64,000 bases of DNA from Mycobacterium sp. (lineage in GTDB: Bacteria > Actinomycetota > Actinomycetes > Mycobacteriales > Mycobacteriaceae), in NCBI GenBank assembly GCA_050701515.1, contig JBOGDB010000104.1; one strand, 5' to 3'. A program made the translations under genes and the position numbers. Every line of letters starts with the position of its first letter. Within the stretch, counting starts at the first letter, position 1. Of this stretch, positions 48,361 through 59,234 are shown piece by piece. Below the pieces are notes generated by a model, which saw only the letters and a list, made by a program, of their open reading frames with translations, was not told the DNA's origin and made no database searches.

Positions 48361-49055
48361 GAAGCGTGCAACCCGCATTCCGTCTTCGTCAGACCGGCCC
48401 AACGGCCGCTGCGCGGGTCGGCGCCCTCTGCGGGCTTGGCAGTGCAGGGCGCGCATCCGATCGACGGATAGCCTTCGAACACAAGGGGATTGACCAGGAT
48501 GTCGTTCGCGTCGATGTAGGCCTGCATCTCCTCATCGGTCCATGCCGCGATGGGATTGATCTTCACCAGATCGAACGCCTTGTCCCAGCTGATCAGTGGC
48601 GCGTTGGCCCTGGTGGGCGCCTCGACGCGACGAAGGCCGGTCACCCACGCGGAGTATCCGCGCAACGCCTTGCCCAGCGGCTCGACCTTGCGCATCCGGC
48701 AGCATTCGTTGGGTTCGCGGGCGAACAGGTCCTTGCCGAACAGCTCGTCCTGCTTGGCGACGCTGTTCTCCGGGGTCACATTGACCACGTTGATGTCGTA
48801 GACCGCTTCGGCGGCGTCGCGCGTCCCGATGGTCTCGACGAAGTGGTAGCCGGTGTCCAGGAACAGCACGTCCACCCCGGGTCGTACCTTGGCGGCCAGC
48901 GACACGAGCACCGCGTCCTGCATGTTGGAGGCCACCACGTAATCGCCGCCGAAGTTCTCGTCCGTCCAGCGCAGAAGGTCGTCCGCGTTGGCGCCCTCGA
49001 GTTCGGCCGCGCCACGCTCGGCCAGCTGCTGCAGCTCTGTCTCGGTCATCGTCAC
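48357..49055 (-). CDS. cysH: APS/PAPS reductase
   Basis: LDTGYHF, CCRMRKVEPL, GYPSIGC and ECGLH. Confidence 0.95.
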   Translation of the reverse strand: MTMTETELQQLAERGAAELEGANADDLLRWTDENFGGDYVVASNMQDAVLVSLAAKVRPGVDVLFLDTGYHFVETIGTRDAAEAVYDINVVNVTPENSVAKQDELFGKDLFAREPNECCRMRKVEPLGKALRGYSAWVTGLRRVEAPTRANAPLISWDKAFDLVKINPIAAWTDEEMQAYIDANDILVNPLVFEGYPSIGCAPCTAKPAEGADPRSGRWAGLTKTECGLHAS

Positions 49056-50722
49056 CTCAGGTCCGCCTCGTCTGCTCGTACCGCCCACGTAGCGAAACGC
49101 TCTCCGTGCTCTCGTTGTTTCACGAAGTTGCGAACAACTCGGTCGATGTAGTCGCCCAGCTCGGTCGACAGCACCTTGTGCTGGCGCAACTTGCGACCGA
49201 AGCCGCTGTCCAGGCCAAGGCTGCCGCCCAGATGCACCTGGAAGCCCTCGACCGATCCGCCGTGGCCGTCATCGATCATCTGGCCCTTGAATCCGATGTC
49301 GGCGACCTGAATGCGGGCGCACGAATTGGGGCAGCCGTTGATGTTCACCGTGATCGGCACGTCGAGCTGGGCGTTGATGTCCTCCAGCCGCTTCTCCAGC
49401 TCGGGCACCAGCACCTGCGCGCGGCCGCGGGTCTCGGCGAACGACAGCTTGCAGTACTCGATGCCGGTGCAGGCCATCAGGTTCTTGCGCCAGTGCGACG
49501 GCGTCGACGGCAGCCCCAGCGCGTCCAGGCCGGCGACCAGCTCGTCGAGCTTGTCGTCGGGAACGTCGAGGACGATCAGCTTCTGATACGGCGTGAACCG
49601 CACCCGGTTAGAACCCGCGGCCTCGGCCAGATCGGCGACCTTGGTCAGGATGGTTCCGGAAACCCGGCCCGCGATCGGGGCGACGCCGACGGCGTTCTTC
49701 CCGTTCTTGAGTTTCTGGATGCCGACGTGGTCGATCGGGTGCTTGACCGGCTCGGGAGCGGGGCCGTCGATCAGTTTGCGCCTCAGGTATTCCTCTTCGA
49801 GAACCTGGCGGAATTTCTCGACACCCCAGTCCTTGATCAGGAACTTCAGCCGGGCCTTCGAACGCAGTCGCCGGTAGCCGTAGTCGCGGAACACCGACGT
49901 CACGCCCTCCCAGACGTCGGGTACCTCCTCCAGCGGCACCCAGGCGCCGACCCGCTGGGCCAGCATCGGGTTGGTGGACAGGCCACCGCCCACCCACAGA
50001 TCGAGCCCTGGACCGTGCTCGGGGTGGTTGACGCCGATGAACGCGACGTCGTTGACCTCGTGGGCGACGTCCTGCAGGCCCGAGATCGCGGTCTTGTACT
50101 TGCGTGGCAGGTTCGAGAATTCCGGCGTGCCGATGTAGCGGCGGACGATCTCGTCGACCGCCCAGCTCGGATCCAGCACTTCGTCGAGCGACTCGCCGGA
50201 CAGCGGCCCACCCAGCACCACCCGGGGGCAGTCGCCACAGGCCTCGGTGGTCTGCAGGCCGACCGCGGCGAGTCGCTCCCAGATCTCGGGAACGTCCTCG
50301 ATGCGGATCCAGTGGTACTGCACGTTCTCGCGGTCGCTGATGTCGGCGGTGTCGCGGGCGAACTCGGTGGAGATCTCGCCGAGCGTGCGCAGCGCGGTGG
50401 TGGTCAGCGCCCCGCCGTCGCAGCGCACCCGCATCATGAAGTACTTGGCCTCCAGAACGTCGGCGTTCTCATCACCGGTCCAGGTGCCGTCGTAGCCCTG
50501 CTCGCGCTGGGTGTACAGGCCCATCCAGCGCATCCGGCCGCGCAGGTCCTGCTTGTCGATGCTGTCGAAGCCCCGTTTGGAGTAGATGTCGAGGACGCGG
50601 GCCCGCACGTTGAGGGCGTCGTCATCCTTCTTGAACTGTTCGTTCGGATTGAGCGGCTCGCGATAGCCGAGCGCCCACTGACCCTCGCCGCGTGGGCGCT
50701 TGACCGGCTTTGCGGTGGTCAT
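49052..50722 (-). CDS. sirA: Ferredoxin-dependent sulfite reductase
   Basis: WMGLYTQR, EACGDCPR, ACTGIEYC and NGCPNSCAR. Confidence 0.93.
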   Translation of the reverse strand: MTTAKPVKRPRGEGQWALGYREPLNPNEQFKKDDDALNVRARVLDIYSKRGFDSIDKQDLRGRMRWMGLYTQREQGYDGTWTGDENADVLEAKYFMMRVRCDGGALTTTALRTLGEISTEFARDTADISDRENVQYHWIRIEDVPEIWERLAAVGLQTTEACGDCPRVVLGGPLSGESLDEVLDPSWAVDEIVRRYIGTPEFSNLPRKYKTAISGLQDVAHEVNDVAFIGVNHPEHGPGLDLWVGGGLSTNPMLAQRVGAWVPLEEVPDVWEGVTSVFRDYGYRRLRSKARLKFLIKDWGVEKFRQVLEEEYLRRKLIDGPAPEPVKHPIDHVGIQKLKNGKNAVGVAPIAGRVSGTILTKVADLAEAAGSNRVRFTPYQKLIVLDVPDDKLDELVAGLDALGLPSTPSHWRKNLMACTGIEYCKLSFAETRGRAQVLVPELEKRLEDINAQLDVPITVNINGCPNSCARIQVADIGFKGQMIDDGHGGSVEGFQVHLGGSLGLDSGFGRKLRQHKVLSTELGDYIDRVVRNFVKQREHGERFATWAVRADEADLR

Positions 50723-50727
50723 CGTGT

Positions 50728-50744
50728 GGCTCCTTCGTGGAGCC
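50728..50744 (-). promoter_or_regulatory. Hairpin GGCTCC-acgaa-GGAGCC sequestering the sirA Shine-Dalgarno
   Basis: Perfect 6-bp stem. Its 3' arm carries the GGAG of AAGGAG and ends 5 nt before ATG 50722. Confidence 0.65.
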
Positions 50745-50831
50745 GGCCTTGGGACGCGCTCATCACCGGGGGCTGTCCGGCGGCGCAGATCCGGCGGCCA
50801 GCTGAAAGTACAGGTGGGCAGGTCTACGACA

Positions 50832-50927
50832 TCAAGGCAGACAACAACAGGTACAAACGCGCTTGAAGTCGACATGCCGCCGCGCCACCAGCGAGATGCG
50901 GTGGGGGAAGGTGCGGGCGGCGTTCAC
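50832..50927 (-). CDS. Leaderless poly-Cys leader peptide upstream of sirA (Ms4527A-like attenuator)
   Basis: GTG start, MNAARTFPHRISLVARRHVDFKRVCTCCCLP; -10 CACAAT lies 7 nt upstream. Confidence 0.85.
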   Translation of the reverse strand: MNAARTFPHRISLVARRHVDFKRVCTCCCLP

Positions 50928-51021
50928 GTCGCCAATTGTGCCACGGACACCGACATATGCCCTAACCGGGGGAAAATTGCGCTCACGCGGAGCAAAGACC
51001 CCTTTCTGGGACACTGGCCGC

Positions 51022-52227
51022 ATGACCGTTTGCGCCGCACCAGCGCGGCTGCCCGGCCTCGTGCCAACGCCCGGCCGGCCTTTCGGCATCTACATTCATG
51101 TGCCGTTCTGCGCCACCCGCTGCGGTTATTGCGACTTCAACACCTATACCCCCGCCGAGCTGGGCGGAGCGAACCCCGAGGGCTGGCTGGCGGCGCTGCG
51201 CGCCGAGCTGGGCCTGGCGACGGGGCGGCTGGGCACGCCGACAGGGTCTGATGTCGCCGGCCGAGCGGCTCCGGAAGTGCAGACGGTGTTCGTCGGTGGT
51301 GGTACGCCGTCGCTGCTGGGCGGGGCCGGCCTGGCGGCGGTGCTGGACTGCGTCCGCGGGCATTTCGACCTGGCCCCGGGTGCCGAGGTGACCACCGAGG
51401 CCAACCCGGAGTCGACGTCGCCGCAGCTCTTCGCGCAGTTGCGGGCGGCCGGCTACACCCGGGTGTCGTTGGGCATGCAGTCGGCAGCCCCGCACGTGCT
51501 GGCCGCGTTGGACCGGGTGCATTCACCCGGGCGCGCGCCCGCGGCGGCCGGCGAAGCCCTGGCGGCGGGGTTCGATCACGTCAGCATCGACCTCATCTAC
51601 GGCACGCCGGGGGAGTCCGACGACGACCTGCGGCGCTCGGTCGATGCTGCCGTCGAGTCGGGCGTCGATCATGTCTCCGCCTACGCGCTGGTCGTCGAGG
51701 ACGGCACCGCGCTGGCCCGCCGGGTGCGGCGCGGCGAGATCGCTACACCCGACGACGACGTGTTGGCGCATCGCTACGAGCTCGCCGATGCCCGTTTGGC
51801 GCAGGCCGGTTTCGGCTGGTACGAGGTCTCCAACTGGAGTCGCCCGGGTGGCGAGTGCCGGCACAATCTGGGCTACTGGGATGGTGGCGAATGGTGGGGC
51901 GCCGGACCCGGTGCGCACGGCTACGTCGGGTCGACGCGTTGGTGGAATGTCAAGCATCCCAACGCATATGCGCAGTCGCTGGCCGAAGGGCGGCTGCCGG
52001 TAGCCGATTTCGAGGGGCTCGACGCCGACGCGATGCACACCGAGGACGTGATGCTGCGGCTGCGGCTGCGGCGCGGGCTGCCGGTCGACGACCTGGGCCA
52101 GGCCGAGCGTGCGCGGGCGGGGACCGCCATCGCTGAGGGCTTGCTGGTGCTCGACGCCGACCGGCTGGTGCTCACCGACCGCGGCCGGCTGCTGGCCGAC
52201 GCCGTCGTACGCACGCTGCTCGGCTGA
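51022..52227 (+). CDS. hemW: Radical SAM heme chaperone (HemN-like)
   Basis: HVPFCATRCGYCDF, GGGTPS and YEVSNW...CRHN. Confidence 0.9.
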   Translation: MTVCAAPARLPGLVPTPGRPFGIYIHVPFCATRCGYCDFNTYTPAELGGANPEGWLAALRAELGLATGRLGTPTGSDVAGRAAPEVQTVFVGGGTPSLLGGAGLAAVLDCVRGHFDLAPGAEVTTEANPESTSPQLFAQLRAAGYTRVSLGMQSAAPHVLAALDRVHSPGRAPAAAGEALAAGFDHVSIDLIYGTPGESDDDLRRSVDAAVESGVDHVSAYALVVEDGTALARRVRRGEIATPDDDVLAHRYELADARLAQAGFGWYEVSNWSRPGGECRHNLGYWDGGEWWGAGPGAHGYVGSTRWWNVKHPNAYAQSLAEGRLPVADFEGLDADAMHTEDVMLRLRLRRGLPVDDLGQAERARAGTAIAEGLLVLDADRLVLTDRGRLLADAVVRTLLG

Positions 52228-52262
52228 AACCGCGTTGAACCGCCGTAGCAGGCCGCGCTTTC

Positions 52263-53640
<1,378 letters not shown>

Positions 53641-53674
53641 CCCGCGGTTGAGGCGGGCGCAGTACCGTCGGCTC

Positions 53675-54058
53675 ATGGCATTCGACCCCGGCGCCGTCGG
53701 TCGCGCGTTCTCCGAGCACCGGTTCGACGAGGCGCTCGGACACCTCGCCAAGGATGTGCGCTGGACGATCGTGGGCTACATGGTCCTTGAGGGTGCCGAT
53801 GCCGTCCGGCGGACGTGCGGTGAGACGTTGGAAAGCCTGGAGGGCACCACGACCGCGTATGACCGCTGCGTCGTGGCGGCCGGATCCGACGTTGTCGCGG
53901 TCGACACCTTCGCTCGCTACAGCGGCCCCGGCGGCGTGACGGCCGTCGCCAGTTGTGACATCTACGAGTTCGCCGGCGAGGAGATCACGGCGATCACGTC
54001 GTATGCGGTGGAGGTCGACCCCGAGTCCGCCGGCGCTCAGCCGCCGCCGCGAGGGTAG
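53675..54058 (+). CDS. NTF2/SnoaL-like protein
   Basis: LAKDVRWTIVG...LEGADAV and CDIYEF; 127 aa. Confidence 0.75.
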   Translation: MAFDPGAVGRAFSEHRFDEALGHLAKDVRWTIVGYMVLEGADAVRRTCGETLESLEGTTTAYDRCVVAAGSDVVAVDTFARYSGPGGVTAVASCDIYEFAGEEITAITSYAVEVDPESAGAQPPPRG

Positions 54059-55681
54059 CTAACCGGCGATCTGCTGGGCGATCGCCTTCTTGTCGACCTT
54101 GCCGACCGCGGTAGTGGGCAGCGCGGTCATCGGCGCCAGCACGTCGGGCCGGGCATGGGCGGCCACACCGCGCTCATCGAGGTGAGTGTTCAATTCCGCC
54201 AAGGTGATCGCTGGGCCGGTGAAAACAACGGCCGCGCAGATCTTCTCGCCGAGATGCTCATCGTGTACAGGCACCGCCGCTGCCGACCAGATCGCCGGAT
54301 GGGTCAGCAGGTGCTCCTCGAGGTCGAGCGCGGACACCGTTTCGCCACCGCGGTGGATGACGTCTTTGACCCGCCCTGTCACCTCTAGATAGCCGTTCTC
54401 GAAGCGGCGCACCCGATCGCCGGTCCGGTAGAAGCCGTCCGGGCTGAACGACCGCTCGGTGTCCCGCTCGGCGTTGAAGTACCCGTTGAGTGTGTAGGGC
54501 CCGCGCACCAGCAGTTCGCCCTCGTCTCCCGGCGGCACGTCGCAGCCCGATTCGTCGACCACCCTGAGTTCGTCATGCGCCGACAGCGGGCGGCCCTGGG
54601 TGTTGTCGACGATGTCGGTTGGGTCGCCGAGGCGGGTGTAGTTCAGCAGGCCCTCCGCCATCCCGAAGACCTGTTGCAGGCCGGGAGTCAGCGCGCCGCG
54701 GATGAGACGGGCATCGCCCGGGACGAGCTTGGCGCCGCCCACCTGAAGCAGTCGCAACGTCGTCGGTCGCACCGATTCCCATTCGCAGGCCTGTGCCCAG
54801 AGCTTGGCCAGTGCGGGTACCAGCGCGGTGACGGTGACACCGTGTTTGACGATCGTCGCGAAGGCCGACTCCGGGCTGTGATCGGTGCCGAAAACGATCG
54901 TGGCGCCGACGGTCATGGCACCGAGGATGCCCGGGCACGCCAGCGGGAAGTTGTGCGCGGCCGGCAGCGACACCAGGTAGACATCGTCGCCGGCGAGCCC
55001 GCACAGTTCGGCGCTCGCGGTGAAGTTGTAGACGTAGTCGTCGTGGGTGCGGGGGATGAGCTTGGGCGGGCCGGTGGTGCCTCCGGACACCAGCAGCAGC
55101 GCGGGTGCGGCCGGGTCCACCTCGATCGAAGGGGCAGCGCCGGTGGCGGATTCGGCGCACAGGTCGGTATCGGTAATGATCCGGAGCGGATGGGTCGCCA
55201 CGAGTTGCTCGGCCATGGCGCGGTAGTCGAATCCGCCGCCGGTCTCGGCGATCACCAGCGCGACCGCTCCGCTCACCTCCGCGAAATGACTCAGTTCCGC
55301 CAGCCGGTGACCGGGCAGGCACATCACCGGGATGGCGCCGGCGCGCAGCAGCCCGCACAATGCGACCGGGAACCGCCGCGAGTTCGGCAGTTGCAGCAAC
55401 ACCCTTTCCCCGGGCGCGATGCCCATCGCGGTGACATGGACGGCCGCACCGTCGGCGAGTGCATCGAGATCGGCGTAGCTGTGCTCGCCGGTGGCATCGA
55501 CGACGGCGGTGCGCGCGGGCCAGTTTTCCGCGGCGGTTCTCAGCACCGAATCGACGCGCCGCCCGGTCCAGTACCCGGCGGCGCGGTACGCCGCCGCACG
55601 GTCGGCGGGAAACGGCACGAAACCGGTCGGCAACCCCGGTTGTACAGCGGATTCTGGCGTCGTGCCAGTGGTCCCCGTCAC
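54059..55681 (-). CDS. mbtA: Salicyl-AMP ligase
   Basis: SGGTTGPPKLIPRTH, VFGMAEGL and YRTGD. RBS GAGGGG precedes GTG 55681. Confidence 0.92.
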   Translation of the reverse strand: MTGTTGTTPESAVQPGLPTGFVPFPADRAAAYRAAGYWTGRRVDSVLRTAAENWPARTAVVDATGEHSYADLDALADGAAVHVTAMGIAPGERVLLQLPNSRRFPVALCGLLRAGAIPVMCLPGHRLAELSHFAEVSGAVALVIAETGGGFDYRAMAEQLVATHPLRIITDTDLCAESATGAAPSIEVDPAAPALLLVSGGTTGPPKLIPRTHDDYVYNFTASAELCGLAGDDVYLVSLPAAHNFPLACPGILGAMTVGATIVFGTDHSPESAFATIVKHGVTVTALVPALAKLWAQACEWESVRPTTLRLLQVGGAKLVPGDARLIRGALTPGLQQVFGMAEGLLNYTRLGDPTDIVDNTQGRPLSAHDELRVVDESGCDVPPGDEGELLVRGPYTLNGYFNAERDTERSFSPDGFYRTGDRVRRFENGYLEVTGRVKDVIHRGGETVSALDLEEHLLTHPAIWSAAAVPVHDEHLGEKICAAVVFTGPAITLAELNTHLDERGVAAHARPDVLAPMTALPTTAVGKVDKKAIAQQIAG

Positions 55682-55722
55682 GTGTGAACCCCCTCGGGGT
55701 AGGCGTGTTCCGTGCCCCGAAT

Positions 55723-55756
55723 ATAGGGTAGCCTTCACAAAATTAGGACACCCTAA
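55723..55756. promoter_or_regulatory. Two overlapping IdeR boxes between divergent mbtA and mbtB
   Basis: ATAGGGTAGCCTTCACAAA (55723-41, 14/19) and, on the minus strand, TTAGGGTGTCCTAATTTTG (55738-56, 13/19). Confidence 0.8.
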
Positions 55757-55770
55757 TCAATGGAGGCATT

Positions 55771-58700
55771 GTGGCAGATGCTGCTGCTGCGAATTCGCAG
55801 ACCGTCCGTGAGGAGGTCGCCGAACTTCTCGGTGTCAGCGTCGATGCTGTCGATACCAACGGGGACCTGATTGGCCAGGGGCTGGATTCCATCCGGATGA
55901 TGTCGCTGGCCGGTCGCTGGCGGAAGCGCGGTGTGGACATCTCGTTCGCCGATCTGGCCGCCGAACCGTCCGTGCAGGCGTGGTCTGCGCTGATGTCCAC
56001 GGCGATCGCGGCCGCCGTCGAGCCCGGCACCGAGCCCACGGAGCCGGATTGGCTTGCCGGGGCGCCCTTTCCGCTCGCACCGATGCAGCACGCGCTGTGG
56101 GTTGGTCGGCAAAGCGATCAGCAACTCGGTGGCGTCTCGGCGCACCTATACGTCGAATTCGACGGTAGTGCCGTCGACCCGGACCGGCTGTCCGCGGCGG
56201 CGACCGAGCTGGCCGCGCGGCACCCGATGCTGCGGGTCGAGTTCCTACCCGACGGCACACAGCGCATCGACCCGGCGCCGACGGAGTTTCCCGTCGCCGT
56301 CCATGACCTGCGCGACGAGGCCGCCGGGGACGTCGCAGAATTGCTCGCCGCCACCCGACATGCCAAGTCGCACCAGCAGCTGACCGGGCAGGTGCTCGAA
56401 CTGACGCTGTCGCTGCTGCCGGGGGAACGCAGCCGTCTGCACGTCGATCTCGACATGCAGGCCGCCGACGCAATGAGTTACCGCACGCTGATGGCTGACC
56501 TGGCGGCGCTCTACCGCGGACAGCACCTCCCGCCGCTCGGCTACTCCTACCGCGAATACCGCCAGGCGGCGTCCCTGCGCAACCCGGCCGCCGACGCGGA
56601 CCACGACTGGTGGTCGAACCGAATTCCCGATCTGCCCGATCCGCCGCGACTGCCGCTGGTTCCCGTTGCCGATCAGGCGGACCCGCACCGGACGACCCGG
56701 CGCTGGCACCGGCTGGACACCTCGACCCGCGACGCGCTGTTCGCCGCCGCGCGCAGCCGGGGCATCACCCCGGCGATGGCGCTGGCCGCCTCGTTCGCCG
56801 AGGCGCTGGCCGGCTGGTCGGCCGAACCCCGCTTCCTGCTCAACGTCCCACTTTTCGGCCGCGAACAGCGCCACGCCGACGTCGATCGGCTGGTCGGGGA
56901 CTTCACTTCATCGCTGTTGCTCGACGTCGACCTGGGTCAGGCCGGCACCGCCGCCGCACGAGCGCGGGCGGTGCAAGAAACCTTCCAGGCCGCGGCCGCG
57001 CATGCCGACTATCCCGGGCTGTCGGTACTGCGTGACCTCGGCCGCCATCGCGGATCCCAGGTGCTGGCACCGGTCGTGTTCACCAGCGCGCTAGGCCTCG
57101 GCGAGTTGTTCGGCGACGATGTGACGGCGGCCTTCGGTTCGGCGGTCTGGATCAATTCGCAAGGCCCCCAGGTGCTTCTCGACGCGCAGGTCACCGAATT
57201 CGACGGCGGTGTGCTGATCAACTGGGACGTTCGCGAGGACGCCTTCCGGCCCGGTGTCATCGACGCGATGTTCGAGCGCCACGTCGACGAGTTGCAACGT
57301 CTCGCCAAGAACGAGACGGATTGGGACTCCCCGGCGGCACCGCTGCTCACCGAATCTCAGCGCGCGGTCCGCGAGGCGGCCAACTCCACAACCGCTGCGC
57401 CCAGCGGACATTCGTTGCATCACGGCTTCTTCGCCTCCGCGGTGGCCCACCCGGCAGCCACCGCCGTAATCGGCCCGGGCGGAACGCTGACGTATGCGCA
57501 GTTGCGGGAGCAGGTGCTGTCGGTCGCCGCTGCCCTGATTGTCGCCGGTACCAAGTCCGGCGACACCGTGGCGGTGATGGGGCCCAAGAACGCCGAGCAG
57601 GTCACCGCGATGCTGGCCGTCCTGGCCGCCGGCGCGGTTTATGTTCCGGTCGGGATCGACCAGCCGGCCGAACGCGCGGAGCGAATGCTGCGCAACGGCG
57701 ACGTCCGCATGGCGCTGTTCTGTGGCGATGGGCCGCCGACGTGGCTGCCAGCGCTTACCGTGTCCGAGGCGCTCAGGGTGGGACGGCGTGCCACCGGATT
57801 CAGCCCGGCGGCAACCGATCCCGCAGAGCTCGCGTACGTATTGTTCACGTCGGGATCGACGGGCGAGCCCAAGGGTGTGGAGGTCACCCACGATGCCGCG
57901 ATGAACTCCATCGAGTTCCTCAACGGCCACTTCGACATCGGGCCCACTGACCGGAGCCTTGCCCTATCCACGCTGGAGTGCGACATGTCGGTGCTCGACG
58001 TGTTTGGCACATTGACGGCCGGCGGCGCGATCGTCATCGTCGACGAGGAGCAACGCGGCGACCCCGACCAGTGGGCCCGGCTGATCGACACCCACCGCGT
58101 CACCGTGCTGAACTTCCTGCCCGGCTGGTTGGAGATGCTGCTCGAGGTCGGTGCAGGCAGGCTGACGTCGGTACGGGTGGTGCCGACCGGCGGCGACTGG
58201 GTGGATCCGGCGATGGCGCGCCGGCTGCGGGTCGAGTCGCCGAATGTGCGGTTCGCCGGTCTGGGTGGTGCGACTGAAACCGCGGTGCACGCCACCATCT
58301 GCGAGGTCGAAGACGCGCCGCCGGACTGGACCGCGGTGCCGTACGGCAAACCGTTCACGAATATCGCTTGCCGCGTGGTGAATTCGGCCGGCCAGGACTG
58401 CCCGGACTGGGTGGCGGGGGAGTTGTGGGTAGCGGGTCGCGGTATCGCCCGAGGCTATCGGGGACGACCGGATCTGACCGGCGAACGGTTCGTCGAATGC
58501 GCCGGCCGGACCTGGTATCGCACCGGCGACCTGGCCCGCTATTGGCCGGACGGAACGCTCGAGTTCGTCGGCAGGGCCGACCACCGGATCAAGGTAAGTG
58601 GGTATCGCATCGAACTCGGTGATGTCGAGGCCGCGCTGCGCCGAGTGCCGGGTGTCTGTGGCGCAGTCGCGGCTGTCGTGGACGACATGCTGGCCGCTGC

Positions 58701-59232
58701 GGTGGTGACCGACCGGCCGGGGCTGAGCGAGGTCGACGTGAGCCGTGTTGCCGCGAAAGTCATTCCACTGCATATGGTTCCGCGGCATATTGAAATCGTC
58801 GATCGGATCCCGTTCACCGTCGGCGGCAAGATGGATCGCCGCGCCGTCGCGCGAGTGTTGGCCGAAGCCGTCAATGGTGAGCAGCCCGAGCGCCGCGAAC
58901 CGTCGAGTGTGCTTGAGTCGGCACTCGCGCAAATCATCGCAGCGTTGCTCGGTGTCGCCGGGATCGGGGTTGACGACGACTTCTTCAAGCTGGGCGGCGA
59001 TTCGGTGCTGGCGACGACGGCGGTCGCGCGTGTGCGCGAATGGCTGGACACGCCGACGGTCATGGTCGCCGACATCTTTGCGGCCCGAACGGTTTCCGCG
59101 CTGGCGCACTTGCTGACAGCACGCGAGCCGGCCAGCGACCGGCTGGAACGAGTCGCCGAGCTGTATCTGGAAGTCGCCGATATGGACACCGCCGATGTGC
59201 TCTCGGCCCTCGATGCGGCATCGGCCCGGTAG
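55771..59232 (+). CDS. mbtB: Phenyloxazoline synthase NRPS (ArCP-Cy-A-PCP)
   Basis: GLDSIRMM (ArCP), DMQAAD (Cy), FTSGSTGEPKG (A) and LGGDSVLA (PCP). Confidence 0.93.
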   Translation: MADAAAANSQTVREEVAELLGVSVDAVDTNGDLIGQGLDSIRMMSLAGRWRKRGVDISFADLAAEPSVQAWSALMSTAIAAAVEPGTEPTEPDWLAGAPFPLAPMQHALWVGRQSDQQLGGVSAHLYVEFDGSAVDPDRLSAAATELAARHPMLRVEFLPDGTQRIDPAPTEFPVAVHDLRDEAAGDVAELLAATRHAKSHQQLTGQVLELTLSLLPGERSRLHVDLDMQAADAMSYRTLMADLAALYRGQHLPPLGYSYREYRQAASLRNPAADADHDWWSNRIPDLPDPPRLPLVPVADQADPHRTTRRWHRLDTSTRDALFAAARSRGITPAMALAASFAEALAGWSAEPRFLLNVPLFGREQRHADVDRLVGDFTSSLLLDVDLGQAGTAAARARAVQETFQAAAAHADYPGLSVLRDLGRHRGSQVLAPVVFTSALGLGELFGDDVTAAFGSAVWINSQGPQVLLDAQVTEFDGGVLINWDVREDAFRPGVIDAMFERHVDELQRLAKNETDWDSPAAPLLTESQRAVREAANSTTAAPSGHSLHHGFFASAVAHPAATAVIGPGGTLTYAQLREQVLSVAAALIVAGTKSGDTVAVMGPKNAEQVTAMLAVLAAGAVYVPVGIDQPAERAERMLRNGDVRMALFCGDGPPTWLPALTVSEALRVGRRATGFSPAATDPAELAYVLFTSGSTGEPKGVEVTHDAAMNSIEFLNGHFDIGPTDRSLALSTLECDMSVLDVFGTLTAGGAIVIVDEEQRGDPDQWARLIDTHRVTVLNFLPGWLEMLLEVGAGRLTSVRVVPTGGDWVDPAMARRLRVESPNVRFAGLGGATETAVHATICEVEDAPPDWTAVPYGKPFTNIACRVVNSAGQDCPDWVAGELWVAGRGIARGYRGRPDLTGERFVECAGRTWYRTGDLARYWPDGTLEFVGRADHRIKVSGYRIELGDVEAALRRVPGVCGAVAAVVDDMLAAAVVTDRPGLSEVDVSRVAAKVIPLHMVPRHIEIVDRIPFTVGGKMDRRAVARVLAEAVNGEQPERREPSSVLESALAQIIAALLGVAGIGVDDDFFKLGGDSVLATTAVARVREWLDTPTVMVADIFAARTVSALAHLLTAREPASDRLERVAELYLEVADMDTADVLSALDAASAR

Positions 59233-59234
59233 CG

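Noticed and set aside
49106-50866. 586-aa plus-strand ORF
   Set aside because: Codon-mirror of sirA on the opposite strand, with no independent motifs.
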